A stretch of DNA of 62,419 nt, counting the filler, from Choristocarpus tenellus KU-1152 (Eukaryota; Protista; Phaeophyceae): assembly GCA_964200185.2 (NCBI GenBank). It is 9 parts of 9 records of this genome, joined end to end, with 100 filler letters (N's around TTAATTAATTAA, not from the genome) between each part and the next. Parts side by side here need not be neighbours in the genome. Positions count along the whole stretch, not along the records: positions 20,145 to 39,787 come from CAXNAD020000457.1; positions 39,888 to 43,809 come from CAXNAD020017129.1; positions 43,910 to 48,472 come from CAXNAD020013997.1; positions 48,573 to 54,160 come from CAXNAD020010331.1; 5 more parts are not named here. One strand, given 5' to 3'. A model generated the notes under the pieces. It ran no database searches and had not been told where the DNA came from. It worked only from the letters and a program-made list of their open reading frames with translations. Of the stretch, positions 38,325-52,400 are shown in pieces. The first letter of the stretch is position 1; every line of letters begins with the position of its first letter. The translations under genes were made by a program, and so were the position numbers.

Positions 38325-40317
38325 CACCACCAAAATGGTACATGGGCTGCTAACCTCGGCTTAATACTCTTTAAGCCACTCACAGGACACGATTCTGGTT
38401 GAGCGTTGTCGAAGACACTGCTTGATACTTCCAAAGTACCACTGTGAATTGAACCCAATAGAGATGGTCTGGGGGTTGGGCGAAGCACTATGTATGAGGC
38501 CACTGTGACTACATGTTGCCTGGAATGAGAGCGAACACTCCTGTCAGTCTTAAGGAGGAAGTGGGACTGTCCAGAGTAATTGTGGAGAGGTTCTACAGGT
38601 TGAGTATTGCTTACTACCTGGTATACTTCAACGAGAAAGGCATGGAGTGCACCAAATTGGACAGGGTATACAACACAGTTAAGTCTCACAGGAGGCCTGN
38701 NNNNNNNNNACCTTCAGAATACCTCATTTGACTTGGCATGGATTGTCTGGTTCAGAGGCCTGGCTGGGCCCCCATGAGTGAGCCTTAGCCAGCAGGTGAC
38801 AACATCGCACAAACGGGAAATAATGGAAAGAGGATTGAGAGACAACAACGCCCATGTTCTCCGGGTGAAGATGACCTCTTCAGACGTCATAATCAGTAAA
38901 AAATGCCCGGTTCGCGCGTGCCATGCGCGTGGTCTGCTTGATTTAAGCTTGGTCCTGTATTTCTCACGATTGCTGTAAGTTGAGACCCATTAAATATGGT
39001 CAAGCATGCTGATGGGATTACAACGAACGAATTTTTATGAAAGAAATTACTGTTGATCAAAAGTTATGCCACAACAAAGTTGATGCAGGAGGAGCCAACA
39101 CTTTACGATGCAAAAAAAAATAAAATATATATATATATATATATTTGTTTTTGATAATAAATATTTTCATCGTAATAAAGAAGAATTTTCACTGTGAATC
39201 CTTCCCATCGAAAAAGGTTCACACTGAACGCAGAGCTCGAGATCGAGGATGAGATCAACGATTTCGTCGTCAACATTTATTTTTTTTCCCAACCCAAAAG
39301 AATATTTCGCTCAAGGGACTGACTCGAAAGATGCATGTATGACGTCTTTTTTATTATACTTCTTTCCTGAACTTTATTCGAGAGCCAAAGCAAATAGGAA
39401 GTATATAGGTTTTCGCCACATTCTACATTCGAAATCTGTTTTTTCAAATCATATTGCAATTCACCAATATATATATTTTTTTGGGATTAAAGCAATTACC
39501 AAGTTGGAGTTGAGAGCTTTTATTTCTCTATTGTTTAATTTTTTTTTTACACGATTCGGAAACAAATCCTACGCGCAGATTTGTGAAAAGTCCTACCTTC
39601 CACATATTTTGTCAGCATCATTAAAATGCAACTCTGGATGCCTCTCGTTTACTTCGCCTTTTTTTTCTCTCCCTGCCCAACCAACCGAACAACCACCAAT
39701 ATCTCCATAGAGGTACTCAATATAATTTCGAATTAGATACGTTACACCCAAAGTTTTTTTTTTTTTGTTGTGTGTCTTCACCAGGTTNNNNNNNNNNNNN
39801 NNNNNNNNNNNNNNNNNNNNNNNNNNNNNNNTTAATTAATTAANNNNNNNNNNNNNNNNNNNNNNNNNNNNNNNNNNNNNNNNNNNNGGGGGGGGTATTT
39901 TGAACCCAAGGATCCTATATATCACAATCCCTCCTCAAAACCCACCCCATGTCCCCCCCCCCCCCCACCCCAAACCCCCTTGTCTCCACTTCTCCAAATT
40001 CTCCGATATCTCTCTTATCCCATCCTGCGCTGCCCCCTCCTTACACCATTGAGTGCACGAAATTTGGACTGATTTTAGTTGTTTGGTGGTCTTTTTATGA
40101 CTAGGGTCATGTGTGTCAATATCTGTTTTGACTTTTATGACCTCTGTAATGAATATCAATATAATGGCAGCTCTTTTGTTAGTGTTAATATTGTATTCTC
40201 TTAACTTACTCTATCAACAGTTTCCTCTACACTTTCACGCCTTCCACTACCTAGCCCAATGCCGTGTCGGTGGCAACAATTGCCGATTTTTGGTTTTTTT
40301 TTCAAGCGGCCACGGTA

Positions 40318-40476
40318 GTAGACTAGGTACAATACTAGAAAGAGGACAAAACCCTAACCCTAAGTAGACTAGGTACAATAGTAGGTACAATACTAGAAAG
40401 AGGACAAAACCCTAACCCTAAGTAGACTAGGTACAATAGTAGGTACAATACTAGAAAGAGGACAAAACCCTAACCC
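40318..40476. repeat. Minisatellite, 3 units (46/58/55 bp), each ending in CCCTAACCC(TAA)
   Basis: Unit GTAGACTAGGTAC(AATAGTAGGTAC)AATACTAGAAAGAGGACAAAACCCTAACCCTAA. Confidence 0.92.
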
Positions 40477-40648
40477 ATTTTCTTACAGTGTATTGATGAA
40501 TATGCTGGTCCCAACCCTCCCTTAAATCATCCACCTAGTCTCTACAAAATCCCAGCGACCTATATCTCCCTACGCTGACGTACCTCCAAACCCCCTTCCC
40601 CTCGCATCCCTCGCATCCCAAGGAAGTGTAACTCCCTTGCTGTCACAG

Positions 40649-43600
40649 TGAACATGCTTGTCTTGGAGTGCCTCAGTCGCCCCCCAGCCTCAACGGCGCT
40701 TACCGCCTCTTCGCTTGGAAACCTGGATCTCAGCCACTGCCGCCTTAAGGACCTCGACCTTCACGTGCTGCTGGATGCCCTTCAAACATGGCGGGCCCTT
40801 GACCAGGGATTAGACATGAAGTCGGACAAAGCAGGAGTATGTGGGACTGGATTGATCTTGAAGGGGAACCCGGACCTAGGTTTTTCAGCCTTGGAGGCAG
40901 TGAGTCGTCCTGGACCCCTTCAACTCCTACCCTCCCTGACTTGCCTGGATATCTCCAACTGTAACTTGAACATTGGGCACCTAGCAGGCCTTGGTCTGCC
41001 GACCTCGACTGGAAAGGGCAGCAGGCTCTGGAGTGGAAATGAAGGTGTCGCCACCACTTTGCCCCGCTGGCATGAACCCTCTCTCCTCCCACTTCGCTCA
41101 TTGATTCTAAGAGGGAATCGATTTACTCGTGTTGGGGTTCATGGAAGCAGTGCTCAAGGCGGATCAGGGATCGTAGATGGATTAGCAGCGCTAACTGGTT
41201 TGATCGGCGTATTGCCGGAGTTGAGATTGCTTGACGTCTCAGGTACATAGATTTTTGGCGCAATATAGTGGGTGTTTTTTTTTGGTTAGGGGGGAGGGTG
41301 GGGGGGGGTATTGAGGTGCTTTGATCTTTAGGTGTATTGCTTCTTTTTGCTCTGTCAATATTCTGATTTTGGGGCTGTGTTTGAGTGCACATTTGGGTGA
41401 GGGGTTTGAATTTTCTTAGAGTGTTTAGAGTTGTGTGTGTAGATATTTTGTTGTTAATCGATTTTGTGTGTTTGTTCAAGCGAACTGTGTGCCCCATGTA
41501 TGGTTGTTTCAGAATCCTTCCCCTAGCCAAGAGGTCACCCCCACTGATAAAGTCATTGGGAGGAAGGGGAGATGTCGGTTGCCCTTGCTTGACCCTCCTC
41601 TCTGTGTATCCAATTTCGAACTAACACTCCTCCAGCACAGGTACCCACCTCTACAAACGACCACTCCCCAACACTCATGTGTTCATGACCCCCGTCCAAC
41701 CCCATCCATTCTACAAGGCCCCTTTCCACCTGCCCACCCCTCTCTTTTCCAGGGTGTAGTCATCTTCCACATGGCCCCACAGCTCGACTATACAGTTTTG
41801 GTCTCTCTGAGCGACTGTCCTTTGCTATTGCCAACGGCCTCTCCACAAGAATATCCACAGCCAGCAGGAAATGTGACCGAGACCTAGGCCGCAAAGGTAG
41901 TGAACGGGCTCAAGTTGATGTGGTCCGTATGGGCGGAAATCATTTCAGTTCTGCAGCATGGCAACAACTGCTCCTCCCCCTATCCCTTGAACCGCCTTTG
42001 GAACTTGACTTCACCTGTGCTACGGTGATTGCGTCCAATCAAATTCCTGAATTGGCAAGGGTGGAGGAGGTTCATTGGCCAGGTTCAGTGCAGGTGCTTG
42101 GTGGAGGACAGGGTGTGCAGACAAGATGTGATATTTCAGGGTTAGGTTCACGAATACCAGCTGTAGAATGTGGTGCCGGGGAGGCTGCTGTGGTTGGAGG
42201 TGGGGTTGCAGTTGGCTCTGGGTGGCCACAGGGTGAGGGTGTGTGTACCCTGCTAACCAAGGCAGTGCTCCCGGAGGGAGATGTTCCTGGGCTCGGTAGA
42301 CTCTTGGCCTCAGGAACCGTAGGCTTTTTCCCTGGAGGGGCAACAGCAGGCATGGGGGTGGGGCAGTGCATGGAAGGCAATGGTGAGTCATTGATTGGCA
42401 CTGTGTCGGAGGCTCCAAACCTCTTTGGGTCTGAGAGGGGAAGGGCACAGGAAAATTGTGTAGTGAAGCTCTTCCTCGATCCCCTCCTCTCCCCCCTGTG
42501 CAGACTGACAGCCCTTCACCTTGGGGATACTATCACAACGGCCACGCCGTTAGCTCGACCAGGTAGAGGGACAGGGCAGGGGGTAGGGATGGAGATAGAG
42601 GCTGGGGGACTGCTGGAGAGAGGCTGCTTGGGACCAGCTGATCTGAGAGGTTTGTGTGAGGCAGCTGCAGGCTGTGCTTCTCTCCAGCAACTTGATCTTA
42701 GTGGGGGGGACCTTTCTGGCCCTCAAGGTGCAGAGGCGGTGGCTGCAGGTGTTCGTAGTGTAATTTCTCGAGGGAGAGATGAGGGCGGGGTACTGAATTG
42801 GCTTGGACTAAGCAATTGCTGTCTTGGTTTGGAGGGATTAGCAAGGGTGCTTGAGTCACTTTCCCTGGCTGCTGGTGATGGGAGTGGTGGTTGGGATCGG
42901 GGGAGTGATGGTAGTCACGCGTGGACAGGGCCATTAGTGAGATGCCCTAAGCATGTTGACCTTTCCCATAATGTAGTGATGCCTCCTTGCTCTCGTCCAA
43001 CTCCTGCTGTGGTGGAAGTGGATCGAGGAGTGGGAGGGGGTAGTTGTGGCTTGGAAGCAGCTGCCGCTGCGCTTGCCTTGCTCGAGGAGGATGGGGTTAG
43101 ATGGTTTGAGGCTCAAGGGGCACATGTGATACACTGGTAAGAAATGCGAAGAGGTATTTGTGGATTGCAAGGTTGGGGTGTTTTGTGCTTCCTTGAATTG
43201 ACACCCGCTTTTTAGAACATAGAATTCCACAGAAAATGTCATATAAATCAACGGTTCTAGGAGAAGTTGTTTTATATGAAGATTCTAAAATTGGTGAAAT
43301 TATTNNNNNNNNNNGGGTAGTTATGCATAAATATTTTTAAATAATTTGTTAAAAGTATTCTTATAACATATCAAAAAGACTTTAAACAGGTTCTTAGATT
43401 TTGCACTACGAATGGTGTGTTTCCAGGGTTTCGGTTTCATAATCAGTTGAAAACTTGCAAGTATCTCCTATAGTGTGTGTGCTCTTGAGCCCAAAAAAGG
43501 GTGTCCAAACTAAGGCAGCAATAATCCTGTACCCTGTAGGAACTGAGGTATGATATCTTTTATTGCCTTTACTGGTCAAGATGACTATGAGAATGACTGA

Positions 43601-43809
43601 CTCCTAGTCGTGCATCATTTGTATTTCCTGTTTGTCCTTTCTTTTTTTTCTTCAACTTAAACAAAAGAGTTCAAGAACAGAGTTTTGAGTTTTGACCTCA
43701 GCGTTTGCTTACAATCCAATGCTGCTTTTTATTTTTTAGGTGCAATCCAGGAGATGTGCCCCAGGCGCAAGACCCAAGGGGGCAAGGATATCGGGGGTGG
43801 GGGGTGGAG
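40649..43809 (+). CDS. RNI-like leucine-rich repeat protein, partial. Exons 40649-41242, 41753-43136, 43740->43809
   Basis: LGNLDLSHCRL, LTCLDISNCNL, LRSLILRGNRF, LRLLDVSG|C, LQQLDLSGGDL, LGLSNCCL and VDLSHN. Splice phases are consistent; Gly-rich inserts lie between the repeats. Confidence 0.85.
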
Positions 43810-43909
43810 NNNNNNNNNNNNNNNNNNNNNNNNNNNNNNNNNNNNNNNNNNNNTTAATTAATTAANNNNNNNNNNNNNNNNNNNNNNNNNNNNNNNNNNN
43901 NNNNNNNNN

Positions 43910-43940
<31 letters not shown>

Positions 43941-44045
43941 AAGGTAGAGATCACGCCATACATAGTACTGTACAAGCAGTCGAGAAACTGTTTTCAACCC
44001 TACTCTCGATTCCTTCCACTCTAATTATGATGGCAGTAGAGGCAC

Positions 44046-46199
44046 CTGCAGGAGAGCCTTGTTGTTCGCCCTGCGCCCCAGCATGCCCTGTTCCTCCAGC
44101 TGGATCAACAGTCCAAGGGGCTTCCTGGCAATGAGGTCTATCACAGGCTGATTGTCTTTGAACTGAATCACTGTCCAATCCAGCCTAACAGTAAACACAG
44201 AGGGAAACAAAAGACACACACACACACACACATATGTGTGTATATATACATACCCACCAACACACAGGGGCAAATAAAAAAAAATCTTAGTAACAATAAT
44301 AAGATTAATAGGTGTTGTATACTAAAAAAGCCGTTTCACCAGTTACAATCAGTTGCAGTCAGCTACGATATTACAACCTACAAGTTTTTTTTGGGGGGGA
44401 AGTTTCTCAGTGTCTCATCTCCAAACAATGCCGATAAAGCTACAACTCTAAATGGACACGGTAGAATAGGTAAAGTGAAGGGACAAAGGAGACTTCAAGG
44501 GGGTATGTACAGAGGAGAGGTGCGAAGCAAAATAGAACTTCAAATATAATAAATAAAATAATGTTAAAGGTACACAACAAGACAAAAAGTAATATCCTTT
44601 TGTTTCCAATCAACCCCCCTGGTTAAAAAAAACAAGTCTGTTCATTCTTAGAACCTTTAATACAACCACCCACTAACTAAAACAGGTTCCACCAGACAAA
44701 AACCGAGGAAACACTCTCCCAAAAAATCCCCAATAAACATACATAATTAAAAAAGTACCCTTACCTGTGCTCCACTACCATAGAGCTGCTACCCCATCCC
44801 TCTCTCAAAATCCCACCACCCCTCTGCCTCAACAACAGTGCACCAATCCTTATTCCAATCCTAACATATTCCACAAAAAATAAAATAATGATTTTCTTAC
44901 TGGGCACTGGAAGCATTACAACTGATAGTATTAGTAATGGTAAAAATATAAAAAATATAAATAAATATCACCTACCCCTCTCGCTTGTACTCCTCCTGCT
45001 CCAGCACAAACACTTGACTGTTGAACTGCTGCTGGAGAACTTCGTTGGCAAAGTTGATACAGAGCTGTTCAAAGCTGTTGCGCATCATGATTTCAAAACC
45101 TATTTTTTTTATTGTTTTCAAATTCAAATATTAACAACACAATTAGTACTCGCCAACAACAGAAAAAAAACCGAGTGGGAGAGGGGGGAAGGGTACATAC
45201 AGAAAGGTCTTTGCTTGGGTCAGGTGTGGGTATGACATGTGTGACTCTAGACACATGGTATTGTGATGGGATACTGTGTTGCATTTTGACATACCAACCT
45301 TACATAGTCTACTTCTAGCTGAATCAGTTTTGTGGTAGGCAATGATGCCTCTAACAGCATATCAACAAGGACTATGTCAACATGTCAAACTTCAAACTCG
45401 ATGAATTGACTTGATTTTAGAGTATCGCCATGATGCAGAGACAGTTACAGAATGACTGATTCTAGAGTACTGCCATCATACAGAGACAGTTACAGAATGA
45501 CCCTACACCAGCCAATAAAAGTGAATCACAAACAGTAGTAAACAGTGCTGAGAAAAAACATCGATTGAAACTGTTGAATCACCAAAAATGTCCAGGATGC
45601 CGATGAAGGCTACAGGTCCATCTTCACCCTTCTCAGAATCAGAACCTCCGTGAGCCTGATTAATCTGTCCAACAAGCCACGCAAAAATCTGGGAGGCCGG
45701 GTCAAGTCAAGGGTCAAGCAGTGGAGAACAGGAAACATTCAAGAAAACATACAGGTGGGTCAGATACTATGCCAAGCTTTTTTTTTATCACGCCAAATAC
45801 TCTTGAAAATATGTATGTATGTATATATATATATATATTTTACTTCTATTTGTAAGTATCTGATATCAAAGACGAAGATTTGTAAGTATCTGATATAAAA
45901 CACAAAGGAATGTTTCATGAACCATTCCACTTCTACAACACTGCTGGTACAGACAGGTACAAGGAATACAATCCCAAACATTAGGTCTATCCCAGACTCA
46001 AACATCCCACAGGAATAAATAATAAATATATATATTCTAAAATATAATATCAATCACGAACAAGGAATAAAACCCCCTCCCCAAACGTTTTGCACAGGAT
46101 ACTCAACACAACCAACTCTGTCCAAGATAAAGGTCCAGAGACTGGGGCATGAAGATTGAGAGTATGGGAGAAGAGAGAATGAAGCCAAAAAGAGTATGA

Positions 46200-46246
<47 letters not shown>

Positions 46247-47273
46247 AAAATAAATTTGAAAGGTTCATTTCACCAGAAATTCACAACTTTTCAAGAAAAT
46301 CAACAACCTCATAGAAGGTGGAGTTCTATTTTGAACCATTCCAGGGTTAGGGATCACAGTACCATGTCAAGTTTATGGTGTTGCATACCGTTTTGGTTCT
46401 CAAATCATGGTTTTGACCCTCCTGAGTTGTGACTGGATCAGGTTGTTTTAAACCAAAACACATCACGTAGGTAAACCTTTTTTCACTTACTCAAAAAGAG
46501 CCAGGCCTACTCGGCAAATGCTGCTGCATTCAAAAACAACCTCAATGAACAATTCTCTGCTTCACACCAAAAAGGGTCTTATTTTATGCATAATTACTAA
46601 ATAATAATAATAACAATAATAATAAAATTAATGATAGAAATAGACAGGTCCGACCCATTTTGTGGTGACCACAAAACCATTACCAACTAATAACAAATTG
46701 GAATCCCAATTGAGTCACAAACAACCACACCTATAGTCCTGTCAAAGCAACCAACTACTACCGTACAGTATGCCCTAACCCTAATCTTAGTCTCAAAGTA
46801 TGAAAATTCCCAAACCTAAAAAACCCCAGAAAAAGTAGATAGTAAAAAAACCCCATACACAACTTTCGTGGTCCCTATCCTTAAGACCAATGCTCCCCCC
46901 CCCCCCTCCCTCCCTCCCTTCTCTTCCCCTCAAAAATCACACACTTACGATCGCCACCCCTTGAAACAAAACAAAACACATCTACTAACTGCCAACAAGC
47001 CCTGTTTCCCTCTCTTCCTTCTTCCCACCCCATTGTTCCTACCTGTCCATATATGTGCTTGATGAGGGCATGGAGGTTATCTTTGGCTTGGGTTGCATTT
47101 AGGGGTATCTCCAGCAAGCTACCCCTTCCAGTGAAAGCCTTCTTAGTTCGGATGGAGCTCACCAAGAGACCCGCTGGTAGACCCACCATCTCTGACAGTT
47201 CCATGACAGGAATCACAGGACTCTCAAGGTGTGCCACACACACTGCATCATTACCCTCATCCTCATCAATCAG
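44046..47273 (-). CDS. Myosin motor domain, partial. Exons 47043-47273, 45583-45688, 44976-45099, 44046-44184
   Basis: [21 protein letters not shown]|[10 protein letters not shown]...FIGILDIFG|[26 protein letters not shown]...EQEEYKREG|[30 protein letters not shown]. These are switch II and the relay helix. Confidence 0.97.
45412..45502. repeat. ~45-bp tandem duplication in a myosin intron
   Basis: TGATT.TAGAGTA..GCCAT.AT.CAGAGACAGTTACAGAATGAC occurs twice. Confidence 0.8.
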
Positions 47274-48572
47274 CTACACAACATTCCAGCAAGGAGTGAC
47301 ACACACATACACAAACAGCATATACAAATACCACACACACTCTAAGAGGTGAACATAATGAGCACGGGTAACGGTAGAATGGTCTGAGAACATGACTCTG
47401 ATCCTCATCGATGTTTCACTCAAAGGACACAGAGGAGTATCAGTAAACTGGCTCTAATCTTCATTGGGATCTACGTTCACAAAAGGCATATATATATAGT
47501 CTCGCCCTTGGGGATGTCTTCTGGGTGTACTCAATACAAGGCAATAAATTCTATTCTTGATAAAAAAAAAGCCTCAATAGATACAGAGTACACTATAGGC
47601 ACCACATGGACAAGGTCAGGGGAAGGGGAGAGGCTTGGACATCTTAGCAGCACATCATGAGTCCTGGCTAGGGTTAGGGAGGAGCAAGCACCGTCTTCTA
47701 ACAACTATGGGGCGAAGGCTGTGTTGTGTTGTGCAGAGGAGGTAACAATGGAGTAAGATATCTCCCATGTTGATCGTGGTATATGAGGTTGACTGTTGAG
47801 CATTACTGTACCACTTGCTGCCAATTGGGGACCCCCCCCCAAAAAAAAAGTTACCAAGAACTCACAATCATCACCTCAATACCAACTAACTGCAAGAACT
47901 CTAATTGTGCTACTCCCATACCAATGAAGTGTGCACCTGAAAATTGTGTAATTATTATTGTTATTACTACTTCACACTACAAACATACATCCCCAATCAC
48001 TATATTCAACAAAATACTGACAACATGACTATTGATACCATAATACACCTCACTGCCCTTACCATATAGTACCATGTGATTCACACAAGTTGAGCACTAC
48101 TAATAACATTACTTATCAATACTACCACACCAATTCAATCATTTAAACCACTAGTGTACACCAGAACTATCCAACTGCAAAACACATGAAACATACAAAG
48201 CAGCTAACATTACCCACTATGAATACCAGTAGTATAGTAATGGTATATATGTCCACTCTATTAATAACCATAGCTACACCCACTCCTAAACTCTGCTACT
48301 AATACTAATTATGCATGCACACATTCCATCGGGTTAGCAGTTTTCTAACCCTAACCCTAGCTGAACTGCGACCAGTGCACCATCAAAACAAGGCATGGGC
48401 CTTAAAGAGACAACACACTTTAAACACACTTTGGGGGGGGGGGGTTAGGACTTGGACATATCACAAAAGACANNNNNNNNNNNNNNNNNNNNNNNNNNNN
48501 NNNNNNNNNNNNNNNNTTAATTAATTAANNNNNNNNNNNNNNNNNNNNNNNNNNNNNNNNNNNNNNNNNNNN

Positions 48573-48762
48573 GGAGCGGTGCGGGGGGGTGTGCGGCGGA
48601 GTGTGCGCGGGTCTACACCAGGGTGTCCATTTGGGTCAAAATCAGGAAAAGTGTATTTACATTATCCATCCTACATATGCAGCCAAATCACCCAAAAATT
48701 GCGACATGAAAAAATTGACCCCAAATGGATAGCTGCCGCCCCCCCCGCAGATACTTTGCTCC
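48573..48762 (+). mobile_element. MITE family A, left end lost at the contig start
   Basis: Family-A internal sequence and right TIR AGATACTTTGCTCC. Confidence 0.88.
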
Positions 48763-49495
48763 AGTGGAAGTGGTACTACTTCTTGATCGAGGTTTTCAAG
48801 TCTCTTCCCTCATACAAGTCATTGGGTGTTTTTTGGTGTCTTTATTGGTGTCTTGGGTGGGGGGGGTTGTTCTGTATGCACCAGTTCTTATCATCCGCAA
48901 TGGCAACCAATCAGTGCCTTGTATGCTCTGCAAAGAGTGTTTTATATTATTTTTTACCCTGTGATTGTGTGATTATGTATCTGATGGGTGAGAGCTTGTG
49001 TCACTCACAGCAGCACTGCAAAGAGGTAGCCATGAGAAAGGGTGGGTGCCAGGAAGCACTCAGCCTTGAACCGTCTCAGTAGCTCCTCTTCCCCCCCAAA
49101 GAGATTGAAATTGTTTAGTATGGAGCTTCCAACGACACCGCCATGTGACTAGACATCTCTTCCCTCGGGTACTTGGTTATAGAGTCTCCTTCATACAAGC
49201 AAGATGTATTATCGACCAGTTCTCCATGTCCAAGACAGGAGAAGATCAGTGACAACAATAAGATTGAAGTGGTAGGATAGAATAGTTTACGGAGCGAGAT
49301 GTGTACATTCTATTGGTTCAGCATCTAAATGTAAGACATCTCATTGGTTCCACTGTTCATTTTTATCCCACATCTTTCTCATCCTGGAATTGCGCAATGT
49401 TTGCGCTCATCTATCTGCACAACTGGAATTGCCTTCATACCCTGGCATGGTTCTGTCTGGTTGCATGCTCAGTGAGACCTCTCTCACACAACCAG

Positions 49496-52400
49496 AGGGG
49501 TGGAAGGTAAAGCCAGAGGAGCGCTGGGTCAAGCAGCGCAATGACAAGGGTGTGGTATTCTACTTTGATCAGGAATCACACGAGACACACTGGTTCCCCC
49601 CCTGCGAGGAATGCTACAAGGTTGGTCTGGTCACTCCCAACTCTTGTCAGGATTGCAGAGTAGAGGATTTAAAAAAAATCAAATGCAACGATGCTGACAA
49701 AGTTTGAGGGAGGGTATGTCTGCTGTGCCCTGTTTTGTTAGAGGATGCTGTGTCTGTACGAGTGAAGGTGGTAGTAGCATTTTTTTTTTCTTCACTGAGG
49801 CTCTTGAATCCGCCTCCTAGTGGAATGAAAAAATAGAAGCATTCCTACGTGGTTGCGAACAACACTGTGCTATGGGAAGTTAGCATCTGACTACATTTCT
49901 TTTTGTGCTTTCCAAGTATTTGATTGAACCATTGGACCCAAAGTATCTGGGGGGGGGAGGGGAGGGGGGTCTACACCAGGGTGTTCATTCAGGCCTTGAT
50001 CAGGAGAAATGCACTTCCATTATCCATCCAACACGTGCAACCAAATCACCCAAAAATCGCGACATGGAAAAATGGACCCCAAATGGACAGCCGCCACCTC
50101 GCCCCCAGATACTTTGAGCCATTGTTAAGGACGCACGTTTGCTCATCCTGGTAGATTGTCTTCAAAACGTCAACCCATTTAAGCATATTCCTAGTGGGGA
50201 GGGGTTGGGTGAGACTTTTTTTTTTATCAGGTCTGGAAGGCACGGATAGAACTACAGCAAAGCCAAGGTGTTGGGGATAACACAGGGGGGTGATATGGCT
50301 AGGAATGACTGGCATATGGCTACCATGGTCACCCTATTCAATCCTTTCTTCTACTACACCAGACTATGTGCATTCTTCATTTCATGGTTTTGGTTGTGTT
50401 TATCACTGTGATTCGTTGCAGATCCTTTGTTTAACCTTTTCATAGGGTTAGGGTTAACCCTTCCAACGATTCATAGGGTTAGGGTTAGGAAACGATACAT
50501 CCTTCATCCTTCACAATCCGTGTTTAAGGTAGGAAACGATACAACCCCAGAGAAGAGAGATTCTTCCTTCTGTGAATAAAAAAACTGTGCTTACTTTACT
50601 CAACCATCCAGGCACACATATGTATAGAACTGCTGTACCTAGCACATTGGTACTGTTTTAATGTCCGACACGTGTGGAGTAAGAAGAAAAGACTTGATTC
50701 CCTGTTGATATTGATCCCCTGTTGGTAAATCAACTTCGCTGTGCCACACCCTCATGTTGCCTTTTAACTCCTACAGCGAGAAGGCGTTCGTGCTTGTGAG
50801 GACTGTGAAAATCGGGTATATTGCGACAAATGCTGGAAGCGTTCTCATAAAGAGGAAGACATGGCACAGCACAAATGGAACCCTCCAGACACAGGTGTGC
50901 ACCAAGAAGCTTGGGTAATAGAAGGGCTATAGTAGTATGGTGGGGTAGGTCATCGGTGACTGCAAGAAACACCTGCTGCTACTCCTGAACGGAGGGTTGG
51001 GATGGGGGTTGGTGTGATGTGCTCGTGGGCTTGCCTGCCCTGGCAGTGAGACTATTACAAATATTGTAGTTATCATGCAATTGAATAGCCCAGCCACTGT
51101 TTCCTATTGCTCAAGAACGATATCGTCTAAGAGGGGGTTGGTGTTGAACTTCAAAGATCCCTATAGGCTGCCTTGTGGAATACTTGCTTTGAGTACTATG
51201 GAGGGCGCTTTTGACTAATAATGTTGTCACAGCTAACAAACAGCAAGATTAAGCACTTCAATGGGATGGTCAGAATGACGGTCAGATTGAAAAAACTATT
51301 CATCGTTTCCCTACAAGATCCTCTGCCCCTCTAAATACTATCATTGCAGTCTTATCGGAAGGCAATACGCACTAATCCAGTGACCTGTTGTTCTGTCAAA
51401 CAGTTACACATTCAAGCTGACCACTCCTGCGTTCCACATGGATAGTGCGTTACTGACCTCTGATTGCCTCGATAGAAGATGTTGCGATCAGTCCAATCTT
51501 TACCCAAGCGTCCCTGGTCCTTCCAGCAGTGACCCGAAATACTATGGTCCAGGTTTCCCAAGCACACCTAGTTCATAGACACCTCGGTTTTACAAGCTGA
51601 TGAGCAATTCCTTTGACACACCCACGGAAAACTAAAGTGCAAAAGCTGTCACTGTGCATTTTGGGCTGTGCAGCACTACTGCCGTGGTTTGCTTCCTATT
51701 GTCAAGCCTGTGTCTACATGGTGGATTATCTCTGAGGTTTTATGTAACTTAACAGTCACAATGCAGTGTAGTTGTGCTCCCACGTTTCTTTATATCTGTG
51801 CGGTCTCTGCTTTATTGTACCCTGTCCAAAGCGTACAAGAGCAATGGTATTTTAACAATAATGAAGTGTTTTACTCGTGCTCTTATACCTGCAACCAAAA
51901 GAGGTGTACCTTTCTGTGGCATCAGTCTTGGACTTCTCACATTCATCTGTCTCTATACTCCTTGTAACTCCCCTTTGCCGTGTGGTGGCTAAGCGCATTA
52001 CACCACAGGCTAATGGTACCTTTGTGGTCATGGGATCAGTGTGAACAACTAGAAGAGATTCGATAAATGCAATGTCCTCCTCTCCATCTTCTCCATCCTT
52101 GTTCACATCACCATGTGGACCAATGATTGAAGCCTGCAGGCATGTGTGAATGCGCTGCAACCCGCATCTTTACCATGCCCATGTAGGTAAAGAGGTTCTC
52201 GAGATGGGAGAAAAATACTGTGTGGATTGTGATTTCCGAAGGGTCAAGTGGGCTTGTCTCCAGTGCAAGGTACTCTGGGGTCCAGCAGTTACAACCTATC
52301 TGTTGCTTGAGTATTGCATACTTGAAGAGTTTTTTTTTGTTGTTCTATTGATGGTACAAAACTCCAACTTGCCCTTGTTATATCCACTGCTGTCCCAGCC

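Noticed and set aside
40318-40476. CRISPR-like array
   Set aside because: The units are tandem near-identical with no unique spacers; the context is eukaryotic and there are no cas genes.
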